NCBI GenBank assembly: GCA_003344405.1
Contig: NOWV01000010.1
Location: forward strand, 496,001 to 560,000
Length of the DNA stretch: 64,000 bases
Direction of reading: 5' to 3'
From: Trichoplax sp. H2
Taxonomy: Eukaryota
The notes beneath the pieces are model-generated. The model was not told where the DNA came from. It ran no database searches and saw only the letters and a program-made list of their open reading frames with translations. Shown piece after piece: positions 12,301 to 26,200 of this stretch; position 1 is the stretch's first letter; the number at the start of each line of letters is the position of its first letter. Both the position numbers and the translations under genes were made by a program.

Positions 12301-15300
12301 AAAAATATATTAAAATACCAGTCCATTAGGACTTCGGCCATTTTTCTCATATCATCATGATCGCCACCTTTCACTTCGATTAAATGCGGCATATAATTAT
12401 CATCGTTGGGATCGACGGTTACAAGTAGGCATCTGTAAAACATAACAGGTAGAGGGTTAGTAGTTAAAAAGTGAGATAAATTACTTCTAAAAGAACGGGT
12501 GACACTTTGCATTTAAGTAAATGCTTTACATAGATACAGCTGATCGCGTATAACGTACTTAATTATAACTCCTTTCTTTATTCTTAATCTAATCCAATGG
12601 CATCCCTGTGAGCCGTCAGATTCCCAATAAGAAGATTGATTACCATCTGTCAACGCATCCTTGTCTTCTTCCATCTTACATAAAGCAATTGTTTATGATT
12701 TATTATCAATCCAAGCAACACTTACAAAATATTCGGCCTTTTACAATGCATCAAATTTTTGATCGGAAAGGTCAAAGTTCTAAATTTACCGAAGAAACAG
12801 CAATACTTTCAACATAGTCTTTTAGATTTCCATATGCAGTGTTCCCATTATCCATATTTTCTGATAAATAAGTAGCTAATAATTTATCGTGTTCTAATTT
12901 CCAATTTTTAGGTGGAATACTAAGTTTGTGTTCTAATTCCACATCACTTGGTGGTAAGGTGAAAGGATATAATAACTGTAACGAATATGCATTTTCAACG
13001 GCAATTTCCCACCTGTTACAATATCAGAATAACCAAAGTACTTTTAAATTAAGAGTTCATATATCTACCATAAAGCAGCATTTAGGTAACATTTAAAATA
13101 TGATTTAGAGAAGAGAAGCGCAATATGTATACTTATATACTAAAGTCTCTTAATAAATCTATACAGCTTTGTTAAGAACATGGTATCTTATAGAAACACT
13201 TGAGGTTAAAATCTTAATCTGTAAACATATAAAGATAGCAACAGTTATCACAACATTAGTTGATCCACTCTAGACGATGTAATCACAAGTGCTTTAAATG
13301 CAAAAATAAGCAATGTCTGTTTTCGAAGTTTTCATATAGTCTTCATGAGTGATTTTTACGAAATATTGATCGTAAATACAGCATTTATACATAGACGTTC
13401 AGAAGAATGTTTACTACATCAACACTGTTAAAGCTGAAAATTTAGATTTATATTACAAAATACGTACATATTATTGTATTGGATTTAAAAATATTTGTAT
13501 AGTTGATCCCTGTTTGGCTGTAAATATCTGACTAGACTAAAACAATATGGCTTTTGCCATTTGTATTAAAGTCTCAGCTAATCATATATAGCTGAAAGTA
13601 TACGGTATTGGGAAGATTGATGCAATTGCAATTAACTTTCTTAAGTTTGTAATGACAGTAGCCCAACTACCACAATACGAATACTCATTATTACGCAAGG
13701 GATGCTGAATAAGAATAATTAAAGCGATATAGCTAGTTATCTTGCAAATTGATAGACACTGGCGTAGTTACTAGCTTTAGGAACTGATCATATTCGAATT
13801 TAATTGTCTAATAATGTGTAATAATAAAAAGTAGATAGATGGCAATTTAGAATGTCTTGAAGAAAATAGCATAATATTAATAGTAGTGAACTACATGTTA
13901 TAACGCGGGTAATACTATACATACGATATTTAAGATATACGAAATATTTATTCACGGAATTCAAGTCTGATGATCCTAGTCTTTTACTAGAATAATTAAT
14001 TACTAAGAACTAGCCTATATATTTACCTTTCATGACATGAAAAGGAAAAATGATCTAAATTGAACTATTTAGTCGAATTTCACAATATCTAAGCACACAA
14101 AATTCAGTACAGTACATGTGCTAGTGCACCATTGGATATGTGTGATTACTTTAATAGCTGCGTGGATCTTAAGATGGTTTATTTAACACGATATGCAATG
14201 TTAAACTGGGAATTGAGACGTAAAATCAAATGATACACTGTACTGTACTGCATGAATGTCCAGTACTATCAGGGTATGGATTAATCCATGACTAGAGACT
14301 TTTAATATTTTATGTTCCATACCGAATGGAATATATTTTTAGATTTGCTATTGGCTTACCCGTTTCGTTCGAGTCTACAAGCTTCAGTACTATCAGGTAG
14401 TGCCGAATAATCAAGCTGCAACGGAAAACCATTTCCTTTAGGTCTGCTATTGCTGTCAGCATGAAAATTATTACTTGATGAAACAAGGATCCAACCCTCG
14501 TGTTCCTTTCCAAAGTACTGATGATCTTGTCCTGCCTATCAATTATTTTGATCAATCATGTCAAGTATTCATTTCTCACTGCAGTTATTATAAGATCGCA
14601 TGACGCTCGTGACCATTTCTAAGCCATCACAACACTAGCATTATTTGTTTATTGCGATTTGTAGTATTAAGCACAAACAATTACTACCATCACATATAGT
14701 ACAGTACAGTACAGTAATTAACTGTGCAAGAAATGATTGTCGATTTACAGTTGGTATTGAGGTATTTGCGATTTATCAAAGAATTTTACACCAAATACTA
14801 AATCCATCTTGTAGTTATAATACAACTGATCCATCAACATTTTGGGTATTAGCTGAAATGATTACTATGGTACTAGTTATTATTTCTTACTAAACGTATA
14901 TTACTGTATACTGGTCTGGCAATAAAGGATGCGCATAGACAATTACATAGTACCGGTGTTGGCCGATTTGAGAATCAACTGATATCTATCAACATTAGAA
15001 TCAAGATAGTATTGCATCCATTTAAGGTTGGCAACATGAACACTAGTGGCTATGCAGTAGTAGAGTTTGTATTATTTTAACTCACTGTATTATAGCATAC
15101 AAGTAAGACAATTTTACAGTTCGGTTTGATGTTCAAAAGATGCATCAAACATTGATATTGGCAAGTATGGAATGGATTGTTGATTTCACGCAATCAATCA
15201 TTTATATAAGCTAGAAAATAATATTCTGCCCATCGAGTCATGGTCCCCAAAATACAAGCTAACGGAACTCACTTGACTTATCTTACGCCATGTTCCTTCG

Positions 15301-15563
15301 TTGGTACACCATTCGTTACCATATAGATAAATTGGTTGTTTAAGATTACCAACGTTAAGTTTGATTAATAATTTTGAAGTTGCAGTTGCTTCCTCAAAGA
15401 CCGATATACAGTCTCCCTTGTAATGCTTGATTTGATACGGCAATAATGTAGGCACATAGCAGAACCCCTTAGGAAGAGGCCTCGCATTTTCAATGCTATC
15501 AATACAATCAACTAGACAGCGGATTTTGCCTAATTTTTTACGATAATGGTCATATCCAAACAT
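9332..15563 (-). CDS. HECTD3: E3 ubiquitin ligase HECTD3 (DOC/APC10 domain + HECT domain), multi-exon
   Basis: Exon 1 (15273-15563) [39 protein letters not shown] resembles the HECTD3 N-terminus. DOC motif [28 protein letters not shown] at ~12560-12660. HECT segments [43 protein letters not shown] and catalytic [15 protein letters not shown]-terminus [23 protein letters not shown] (stop 9332-9334). Confidence 0.93.
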
Positions 15564-15729
15564 AATTTAGCAATATTTCAATGTTCAATTAGTTATCTAA
15601 GGTAAGGCCCCAGCCTAAAATTGAAAATGCTAGTAACCTTTAGAAAGTTTGTCAACCACCACAGGCCACCGGTCACTGGTCTAAGGCGTAATGAATCCAG
15701 TGCATAGCGAAAGCTGTCATCTCTGTACC

Positions 15730-16730
15730 ACTGTCTAGTACAGTACAGGACATTGCGACGGTACAATATTGTACAGTGTACAGTACACTTTATGAATTCA
15801 CGTACGGTAGAGTACAGTACACAGTACTGTATCATAAGAAGATTGTTTACCTTTTACCATCTACAGTCTACAGTACATTGTACAGTACAGTATCGTACTG
15901 TACAGTACGGTACAATATACAGTACTGTAGTACTGTACACTGTACAATTGTACTGTACACTGTACACTCACTGTACTGTACAGTACAGTACAGTACAGTA
16001 CACTAGTGCAGTGTACTGTATAGTACTGTAAAATCTGTTCCAAAACCCCCAATTTTGATACAAAAATCCGTATTAGCCAAGCCAGTCCCGTCATATCCTG
16101 TTGTCCACCTGTACACTGTACAGTACGTACAGTACACGTGTACGGTACAATGTACTGTACATTACACGATGCACGATACAATGTACTGTGTGGTACAAGT
16201 GTACTGTACAGTACTGTACATTGTACTGTCGATAAAATAAAAAAATTCAAAATATGTTTGCGTATTATACTGTACAGTACAATCAGTACAGTAGTAAATC
16301 CACTACAGTAATTGAAGTACAGTTATTTCCATATTAGATCCATTATTCACATCAACTAGCACGTTACAGATACATTCACGGTTCACCAAGTCTTCATCGA
16401 CGGATCCATATGACATTGGACGTAACTTTGTGCCCCTAAAATTCATCTACAAATCAGCCGAAATACAGTACTGTACTGTATAGTAAGTATACAGTGTATA
16501 CTGTACTCAGTGTACAGTACAACACTGTATCAACACTTTGCAAATAGACTCAGTCTATCACAGTCCACGTGTACAGTACTGTACAGTGTACAGTAGAATG
16601 TACAGTACTGTAGACTCTCTTTCTGCCGCCCATCGATTCATAATGGTTGACTTCATTACAGTACTGGTTCTATACTGTACAGTACACCGTATATATACCG
16701 TACAGTATACATAGTATACAGTACAGTATA
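15730..16730. repeat. TACAG/CTGTA-GTAC low-complexity motif island in the HECTD3/HIAT1 divergent intergenic region
   Basis: Dozens of TACAGTAC, GTACTGTA and TGTACA units on both strands, for example 15861-16030, 16110-16230 and 16465-16730. Confidence 0.9.
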
Positions 16731-17422
16731 TAGTAGGTCAATTACCCTTAAAGAATGGACACGGTATCGTACTAGTACAGAGTACGTTCGCAAAAGAGTG
16801 ACGTACTGCAGTAGGAGGTTGACATTGACAGTCACTTTTGACGCAGGCGATAACGAAAGACATTCTATCGTGTGTGATGGTGGCAGTAAATCTTCATTGA
16901 TTTCAATTGGATTGGAAGTTCTCTCAAGCATTATTTTACCCGTCTGCAAACATTAGCCATTGCCATTTCGCTGGTGGTTCAACTTTATGACGATTGGCAT
17001 TGCCATTAAGGGAGATTTGTCGTTGCTATTACAGCTATCCGATCTGCTCATTACCCGCATTAGCCCCAAGAGTAGGAAAACTTTCTACAATCGATTGGCA
17101 GAAGACTACGCTTATTGAATCAATCGATCTATATAGCACAACGAAAATGACAATCTGAAAATGGTTCTAATTCATTATTGACCGGCCAAAACGCCAACAT
17201 AGTCATCAGGAGAAAGGAATTGTTAACATTAGTCTTTTATGCATACGTGCAATACAATACAAATACAATTTGAATTCGTCTTACAAAAATCCTTTCCACG
17301 CGTATTGTGGTGCAACATTTTGCATTACCTCTACAATCAACGTCGGCTACTTAATTGAATAATACTGTACTACCTGCATACTTTCATGTTGCAGCCATTC
17401 TATTGGATTCCTCGATCAAATC

Positions 17423-20400
17423 ATGGATAATTCGATCCTAGCGGTAAATTGAAAGTAGTTCTAGCCAAATAATCTTGTATTGCCTTTTACGCCATAATAC
17501 ACTGGCTATGCTCTACTGTGTTGAACATCTTGCTGTATTGCAATCAATCAAATGACTGTAATGACTCATGTACAGGACTGGAAAGTAGAGTAGAGTAGGG
17601 TAGAGTACATTACAGTTGGTTTCGTTGTTAATGAAAGTTATTAAACACAGCCAATGATTGTTCATGGACAATTTACAAAGTTGTCAATAATAAATGAATC
17701 AAGTTCGTCGCTCAACAGCATAAATTATTCCAATAAGTTGATCGAGTTAGGGTTAAATGATCAACATTAACTTTATCTGATATACAGCATAACTACAGAT
17801 CAGTATAATTACAACTTGCCAATGGACTCAACTGGTGATGATAATTCCATAATATTGAAGTATAAATATTATGGAATTATGCTGATTAATTAAACAGCAA
17901 CGTTAATCGAATCGTCACTACATCATGAATAACAAATTAACCGGCTGTTGAATACTCTATTTTAATTAACTCAACTGCATGTGAAAACTATAAACAACTG
18001 CTCACTAAATATCGTAATAGATTGGATAATCACTTCACTTTGTTGAACTTTCCCATTTGATATTGTAAACAAATTAAAAGATGCAAGTATGTCAATGTGA
18101 AACAGATGACATTACAGATGCGAGCACCATACTTAGTAAAAATGAATAATGTTATGTAGGCGTATATGGCAGATGGATGTACTAATTGTATAATGTGGAC
18201 GATATCGACTACAATCATGTTAACGTAGAACGTTTACAACCATACGGCAATATTATTATGATCGATTATAATGATCAGTCCAATACCTAATATTACAAGA
18301 ACTGATTGAGAATCGCGTCAATATTTTAAAAATTATTATGCTTTACTGGTTGGATTATGGAAGTAATCATTTATTTCTATTTTAATTCATTTTTTTTTTA
18401 GGGTATCGATAAACCAAGTGTCTATCATGCTGCCATTATAATATTTTTAGAATTTTTCTCCTGGGGGTTGCTGACATCGCCGTTAATTAAGGTATTTCTA
18501 TATAAAAGTCTATGCAAAAGAAGTACAAAAATACAACTATCCCCGATAAATGTAACAAAGCGTCCGTTATAATTCAATCCTTACTCAATCACAGATAGCA
18601 TTCAACTTACAGATCATTAGGCGATGAAATGTTACTCTATATGTGTGCATACTATCGTATTAAGATATGTGTATAGTTAGGGAGTATCCTTCTTTCGTCT
18701 TGCACTCGTACAACGTTGAATAACGTGTTTGTACTATACCATGTCAACTCCGTTGTTTGCGACTTTGCATAGAATTAATTTCAAATTGTAATGTTTCTGT
18801 ATATGTTTTATTATATCCGTGACATTACCCTATTTTGCAAATAGTTATTAAATTAAATTAATACGTTTATTGCAATTTCTTTTCTTGCATCTCTAATTTT
18901 AGCTACTGGCTGAAACATTTCCTAAATATACATTTCTCATCAATGGAATTATTCAAGGCATCAAGGTATGAAGAAATATTGCAATCTAAGGATTAGCGTT
19001 ACTTTTTCGAACGCCGGAACCAATGCCGTACAAAAAATAATCATGGTTTGCGGAGCCGCAATAGATTAGTTTTATAGTAATTGTTTGATCGTTTATTGTA
19101 TTTCGCTTACTATAGCATTTTGATTTACTTTCATACCTAGTGTAAAGCGTCCATATCTTGCAGCTTAAATGTTACTATATTACTTTCCCCATACAATCTG
19201 AAACTGCAAATCCACCGTTGCTACTATGTGTTTATAAAATTTTAAAATTATCATAACGTTCTCAACATATAAAAGACTAGTTTATGGAACTCTGAGAAAG
19301 CAAAATTGTTTCTCACGCCTATAATGATAATCTTGATTGCATGAGATCATTATAATTGTTGACACGCTCTCAACTCCATTACAAAAAATGTAACCTAAAA
19401 TTGAACGAAAGAAAATTTCTTTGACAACACTGTACTCGTTAATACTACCGTACAATATGAAAGTCTAAGTTGAATAACTTAATGTACGAATAAAAATTGC
19501 AAACGGTCGTCTTTTAGAAATTATTTTAAATAATTTTACAATATACATTTCTAATCTTAATAAATTGTTACTTCATTTTAGGGAATACTATCATTCTTTA
19601 GTTCTCCTCTAATTGGTAGTCTGTCGGATTCAGTAGGGAGGAAACCTTTTTTATTACTAACGGTTTTTTGTACGTGCATCCCAATACCTGTTATGTGGTT
19701 TGATGCGTTGTAAGTAATCATTACTACTAATCGAATTTATTCTCCTAATTTGGTAACTGGAGTACAAATCTTTACTAATCGAATCAGTATTATTTTCGAC
19801 ATAAATCAAAAATTATAATTTTTTCTATTCCATTGGTATGCGAACGTAATAGTATATGCTTACAATGACCTTTAAATTATAGGTCTTACTTTGTGGTCTT
19901 TACACTCTCTGGTATGTTCTCTGTAACTTATTCTATTGTATTTGCCTATGTTGCTGATATATCTCCTACTGAAGAAAGGAGCTCTTCATATGGCTTGGTT
20001 AGTAACCTTTCATGATTAAATAATTGCTTTTTCTCAATTTTCTATGCTATATACTGTATAGCAACTTTGATGTTTAATCATATTAAGTGGTAACAACATT
20101 AATTTTAAACATGGAACTGAATAAACGATTATAGAAGCATTTATTGCACGTATTGATGTTTTAACAGGTAGTTAAAATTACTTAAATCAATGGTACTTTT
20201 GTAGGTTTCAGCAACTTTTGCTGCCAGTTTGATTATCAGCCCGGCACTTGGTACCTATATAAGTGATAAATACAGCGACGATGTGGTTGTCTTCATAGCA
20301 ACTGCTATCTCTTTCCTAGATGTTTTATTTATATTAGTTATGGTACCGGAATCTCTATCATCGGAACTAACAACTGAAATATCATGGAAGAAGGCTGATC

Positions 20401-21690
20401 CATTTGCGGTAATCATTACTGTCGATTACGTTGACTACAGTAGAAGTAATTAGCAACTATGAAATATCCATTTTTACATTAGTCCTTGAAGGTCGCTGCA
20501 AAAGATCCTAAACTGTTATTCATGTGCGTTATGGTATTTCTATCGTATTTACCAGAAGCTGGTGAATACTCGTGTATCTTCTTGTACTTACGCCAGGTAA
20601 CATTGACTTAATGTATTCGTTAGCTCTAACCTGATATTATACTGAAAATATGATCAACTACTGTTAATATTAGTAAGGCCAGACTTAGCTTCGTTGATAA
20701 TTTAATTATTACCGTAATTCTACTGGTAGGTTATTGGACTTCCTTCTTCACAAGTAGCAATTTTAGTAGGTGTTACCGGTATTATGTCAGTAATAGCCCA
20801 AGTAAGACAAAATTCTTTGCAATATTATACTTTTTATTTACCCCGTTTGTATATTTATTGATCCATTATTATTGCTACATCATTATATATAGACATGGCT
20901 GATGTCGATATTTTCGAATACTTTTGGTATTTACAATACAGTCATAATCGGAATGATATGTCAAATAATCCAATTATTGTTGTATGGCCTGAGTATACAG
21001 CCCAAGTATGTCATTTTTCTTAATGCATAATATTAATGTTGAAACTTAATGATAACAACTGACTTGATATTAAGTTTCTTTTATGTTTATGTTTGATTTT
21101 TTTAAGACTTATGTGGATAGCTTGCATATTTGCCGCAATATCATCCATAACTTACCCTACTCTAAACGCTATTATTTCTGTAGATGCTGATAAAAGTAGA
21201 CAAGGTATTTTTAGTGGTTAATATACAGATAAAATAATTAAAATACTGTATGCATGCTTGAATAACATATAATAAATGTATCCTAAATTAACAGGTGTGG
21301 TACAAGGTATGGTAACTGGTGTTAGAGGTTTATGCAGTGGTTTAGGACCAGCATACTATGGTTTAATTTTCTACGCTTACCATGTTAACATTGCAAGTCA
21401 AGATGTATCACATAATCAGCTTGGACCACACAAGACCCCAAATGTGAATGATACTGTAGTCACCGTACAGGTAATTGCACAAAAAAATTATATTAACATT
21501 CGTTGCATACGAATATCTTATAATACCGATGTACTGTATAATTGCATGCAATATTAATACTTGCTCTTAACTTTTACAGCCTTCATTACCTGGGCCTCCG
21601 TTCGTATTTAGTACTGTAATGGTGCTAATCGCGTTACTAATGATGGTAAGGCGAGCTGGGAAGAATAGATTAGTGCAAGTTCCTCTCTAA
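17423..21690 (+). CDS. MFSD14: Hippocampus abundant transcript 1-like MFS transporter (HIAT1/MFSD14), multi-exon
   Basis: Exon from 18402: GIDKPSVYHAAIIIFLEFFSWGLLTSP. Further exons: ETFPKYTFLINGIIQGIK, MFS motif A GSLSDSVGRKPFLL, FAYVADISPTEERSSSYGL, VFLSYLPEAGEYSC, QGVVQGMVTGVRGLCSGLGPA. Last exon 21580-21690 LPGPPFVF..*. The first micro-exon (17423-17443, MDNSILA) is tentative. Confidence 0.92.
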
Positions 21691-23185
21691 TACAACTGAT
21701 TCAAATCAATAAACAATGGTGACTAATTTTCTTATGAGTGCCTATCCTTAATGATTATTCTATGTATAAATTCTGTATTAAATTAAGTTACTGTATCATG
21801 GATACATTAAATTTTATGAGCTGTTTTACGTTAACCACATAGGTATAAAGATATATATTTATTAGCACTACTTGTACTTAGTATTTCTTTTCGAATATTA
21901 AATTAATTATGGAAAGTTCGTTATTTCTAAAGATGCATATTAACTCTTTCGAAATACTGCTTGTATCCGGAATAAGCTTATTCACCCAACTATAGCTTGA
22001 AATTCTTATTCCTTGTTGATGTAACAATAATGAGCCAAGATGATACCGAAATTTTTTCTATTCGTATATCTCAAAGCATACAATTCATCTCATCAGTAGA
22101 AATAGAGCTATTATAATTACGCGTATGTGCGTTTCTAATCCAGTCATAACCATGATTTGTAGATGTGTTGTTTATACTCTCGTTACCCAGCTTATTAAGC
22201 TGATAAGCAAGCTTTGAAAGAGCTGATTTATTCTATTATTTCTTGTTCCGTTTCTGTAATAAAATGAGAATATCTCATATTTATTTGTATACGATTGAAT
22301 TTCTGATAACTTTAGTTGTTTTTTCATTGCCAATTAATTGCGTACATTTCGTACTGTTGAGTAATAGTTCTAAGGCGCTCCCTAAATGATTTGAACATGC
22401 ATTGCTGATCCTGCATTACATAATGCTATATAGCCATGGCATGTACGAGTATTTATTAATTTTAAACCTTGAAAATCAATCTTATGTAATTGCTAGATCA
22501 TATCTTACTTGTTTTAGTTTTATAAATAACGAAATTTAACAATATAAAAGACTCGCAGGTACAGATTTTGTTAGCAATTCTATTCACTAAAATCGTTCTC
22601 AACATCTTTATATCATTAAGCAACATACGTACATTACGTAAGTATTTATGAACACTTTATTAGATGAAAACCTCTGATAGTAATAAGTTAGCACAGTCTA
22701 ACCAGGCCTAACCTTATTCTGATTTAACTCTACTGTCAAATTTAATTATATAACTAAATAGATAGATTGCTCAGATGCAATTTTCTTATGATCATTGTTA
22801 TCTTACTCATAAAATATTTTGAAACGCTTGTTTATTATGGTTATTGGACGGAATTAATACATTACTTTTTGTCCGTTTCCCTTTGAAGAAGTAACAGCCT
22901 ATCTTCAATGCTAAAAGTCAACAAAAGTACCATAGAAAATTGTATTTATTTATTCGAATGAATATTGATGGCAACATATAACAATATTTTGGAAATAATA
23001 TCACTTGCCTAATTATATGGAAGTAAGATACCCATTAATAATCATTGCTTCATTTAGTTGTAGTAAGGAAGCAAAATTGTCATCTAGCAAGTGTTTATTT
23101 AGTTAAATAATTTTCTGGTTTTTAAAGGTAAATGATTGAATCGGTACCGGGTTGTAAATATGCTATCGTCAAGCCACTGGAAAGG

Positions 23186-23193
23186 TATAAAAG
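23186..23193 (+). promoter_or_regulatory. TATA box of the vitellogenin-like gene
   Basis: TATAAAAG 100 bp upstream of the signal-peptide ATG at 23286. Confidence 0.55.
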
Positions 23194-23285
23194 TTGACCA
23201 ATTACCTGATTTCATTAGTGTTACTCGTTGAGACTTTCTGATAGAGTAGAAAACACAACGTGAAACAACAAGTTATCCGCTGGTC

Positions 23286-26200
23286 ATGATAAAGGTTATA
23301 GCGTTAATCTTATTGAGCCTTGCAGCTGTTCAAAACGGTGAGAAAAATTCATCAGACAGGAATTACTGAATGTTTAATTCACTAAAACTTTTTGATACTT
23401 GTTAATCTAAATTAAATAAGCGTATATTAAAATCATATATACTATGCTGATGATAACTTACTGTTCATTATCAGCATAATTTATTAACCTAGATTAAATT
23501 AGCGTTAGAACGATTCAAAAATTTATTTTATTACCCCTTACCTGTCTGTCTCAAATCAGCCCTCCATCATTTATTGCATTTACGTATATTTATACCACAA
23601 AGAAGGCATTAGTAAATTAACACTAGTTATTCTTAGGAGCTACGCTTCAGTAGCAAATATAAGCTTATGGTAGCCCCATTCTTCTTGTAAAATATCGTAA
23701 CAAATCATAGACGAAATAGTATCGCATAAATAAAGAAATAACAATGCTATACCTACAATTTATTTAAGTTCAATTTTGATGATTTATAAATGACTAACTA
23801 TATTGCTTAATTATATCTTTACATAAGAAGTTGCTGTTTGTATGTTTTTTCACGATTTATGTAGCTGCTACCACTATCCACAAGGATACCAATATCCTTA
23901 AGCCAGGATACTTGTATTCCTATGAATATGAGGGAGATACAGCTAGTGGTATATACGCAACAAGCGACAAATTCGCTGGATTAATGTTCAAGGCTAAAGC
24001 AAATATTGGCATTCCTAGCAATAACTTGCGAAAAACTTATCTAAAGGTAAATCTATGTAATAAGCCATATCAATATTAATAGTAATAATAATTATTGTTA
24101 TCTTCTTTCATACTATTTTCTATATTAACTTTGTTATTCCATTTGCAATATCGTCTACAGTTTATGCTATTGATCTTGCTGGTCATACGCACATCAATGA
24201 AATCTTTCTTATTTCTTAATTAATTTATTTATTAAACAATAGCAGGAGTTTACACTCACTGTGGTCCTTATTTAATAAAATATGAATAAATTTAACTTAT
24301 AAGTATCGAGATAGTATTGATTTTTAGGGCATTACATTAATTAAATTATGGTAATTTTACTATGAGAATTGATTGTACTAATTATAGCATAACCATCTCT
24401 ATATTACGTTAACCGTATAAATGAATTAAGCTTGTCTTCTATTTCCATAACTGAATATAGTTAGAACGTATGCAAGTCTTCTCCTTTAATGGTACATGGC
24501 CGCAATCAAGTAGCAGTCAGTACCAACCCGTTAAAGTCTCCGACACATTTTTAAAGCATATTCATCAACCGGTCACCTTCGATTATGAAAATGGCCGTGT
24601 AGGCAATATATATGCTCAACGTGATGAAACTGATGAAGCCATTAATATCAAGCGTGGTGTTATAAATTTGTTCCATCTTCCAGGTTTAAAATCTATCCAA
24701 AAACACCCTCAAATTGTGCGCGATCTTGAGGTAGAAAAATTGCTGTACCAGTAGTTATCATAAACTAAAGCGAACTTGTCACGATTATTTCTATATGAGT
24801 ATATCAAAAAAATTCATTTTTGTACTAGAGACAAGCAAGTAGTTGTATATAACAATATTCTCAATGCTCATTAAAATAGGAGGGAATTGAAGGCAAATGT
24901 GAATCAATTTATCATGTTCAAGAGTCTAGTCCTCAAAATTGGATCATCGTTAAAGCAAGAAATATGAATAATTGCTCGTGTTGCCCAAGTCGTCAACGAT
25001 CTATTTGGAATTTACGAAATCAATCTTGTGAAACTCAGGTTTGCTTATTAACTGCGATAGTAAGGATGATCCTCAATGGTATATATTGTTTTTATAACCC
25101 TTCATACTTTCAATGTCCAGCAGTCTAAATTCTTGAGATCCAATGTTGTCACGAGATATCAATTAAACAGTCAAAACAAACCGCAGTATGATATCGAAGC
25201 CGTAGAAACGGAAGCTAGCCATGTTTTCAGTCCATTCCGTGGAGATAAGGGCAGTGCCATGACAGTAATCAGGTTAATTTTCGGCAATTAGCTTTAACTT
25301 AAATCAGATTTTAAAGTCATAAATAATCTGAAAATTTATCCAATTTCAACCCTGATGGTAATATAGGCAAAAGCTAAAACGAACAAGTCAGAAACAGCAA
25401 AGCATTCCATTGCCAGGTAAGAGGGTAAAAAAGGCGATTAGTCATCACCTGTGTTTGTTATGCTTAAAATAGTTAAAAATTAGCCGTGAGCTTTTCAAAT
25501 TCGTGAAGGCATGAATCAAAGTTGCACTGAATGATATAGGAAACTTAGTGTCAAGAGGCCCCATCGGTTTTCAATTTTGGCCATTGTCAATCACTGATAA
25601 TCCAGCTGAACCAAATCTTAATGCAAAAGAAGAGGTAAAATTTAATGTTAGATAACAAGGAAGATTGGATAGTACCTATTCATTTTATAAGTATATATCG
25701 TTATCTTCTATTTGAATACTTTTATCACTCAACTAGGCCTTGAAAATGCTAGAAAAGATTGCTGCAAAGTCGGAGAGTGAAGGAACTGATCCAATACCGT
25801 ACTATTTTATTCATTTAATCAATGCATTGAGAGGATTAAGCCAGACAGAATTGCGTAATATATACCAAAATCGTATTAGAAATCCCAAAGAAAGGTAATA
25901 ATTACCATAAGATATCCAATTATGGAAATGTATTTCATCATGAAGAAACTTAGGATATTCACTAGTGGAATGTAATACGATCACACAGTGGTTAAAAGAA
26001 TGAAACTAAGATTGTTCATAAAATCGCTGGTGTCAACAAATACCAAATTATCGTTTCTTTTCTACTTTTACGAGCCGTAAAGAGTACATGTAGTGTATCT
26101 AGCATGCTTGTTCGTTTCATCATGGAGTGATATAGAGGAATAGAATATCCATAAAATTGATTGCAATATCACATATAGCTAACTAGGTACATTATGGATT

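Noticed and set aside
15593-16949. Y/C/T/V-rich ORFs on both strands
   Set aside because: These are translations of TACAG/GTAC low-complexity DNA. They overlap in several frames and show no domain features.
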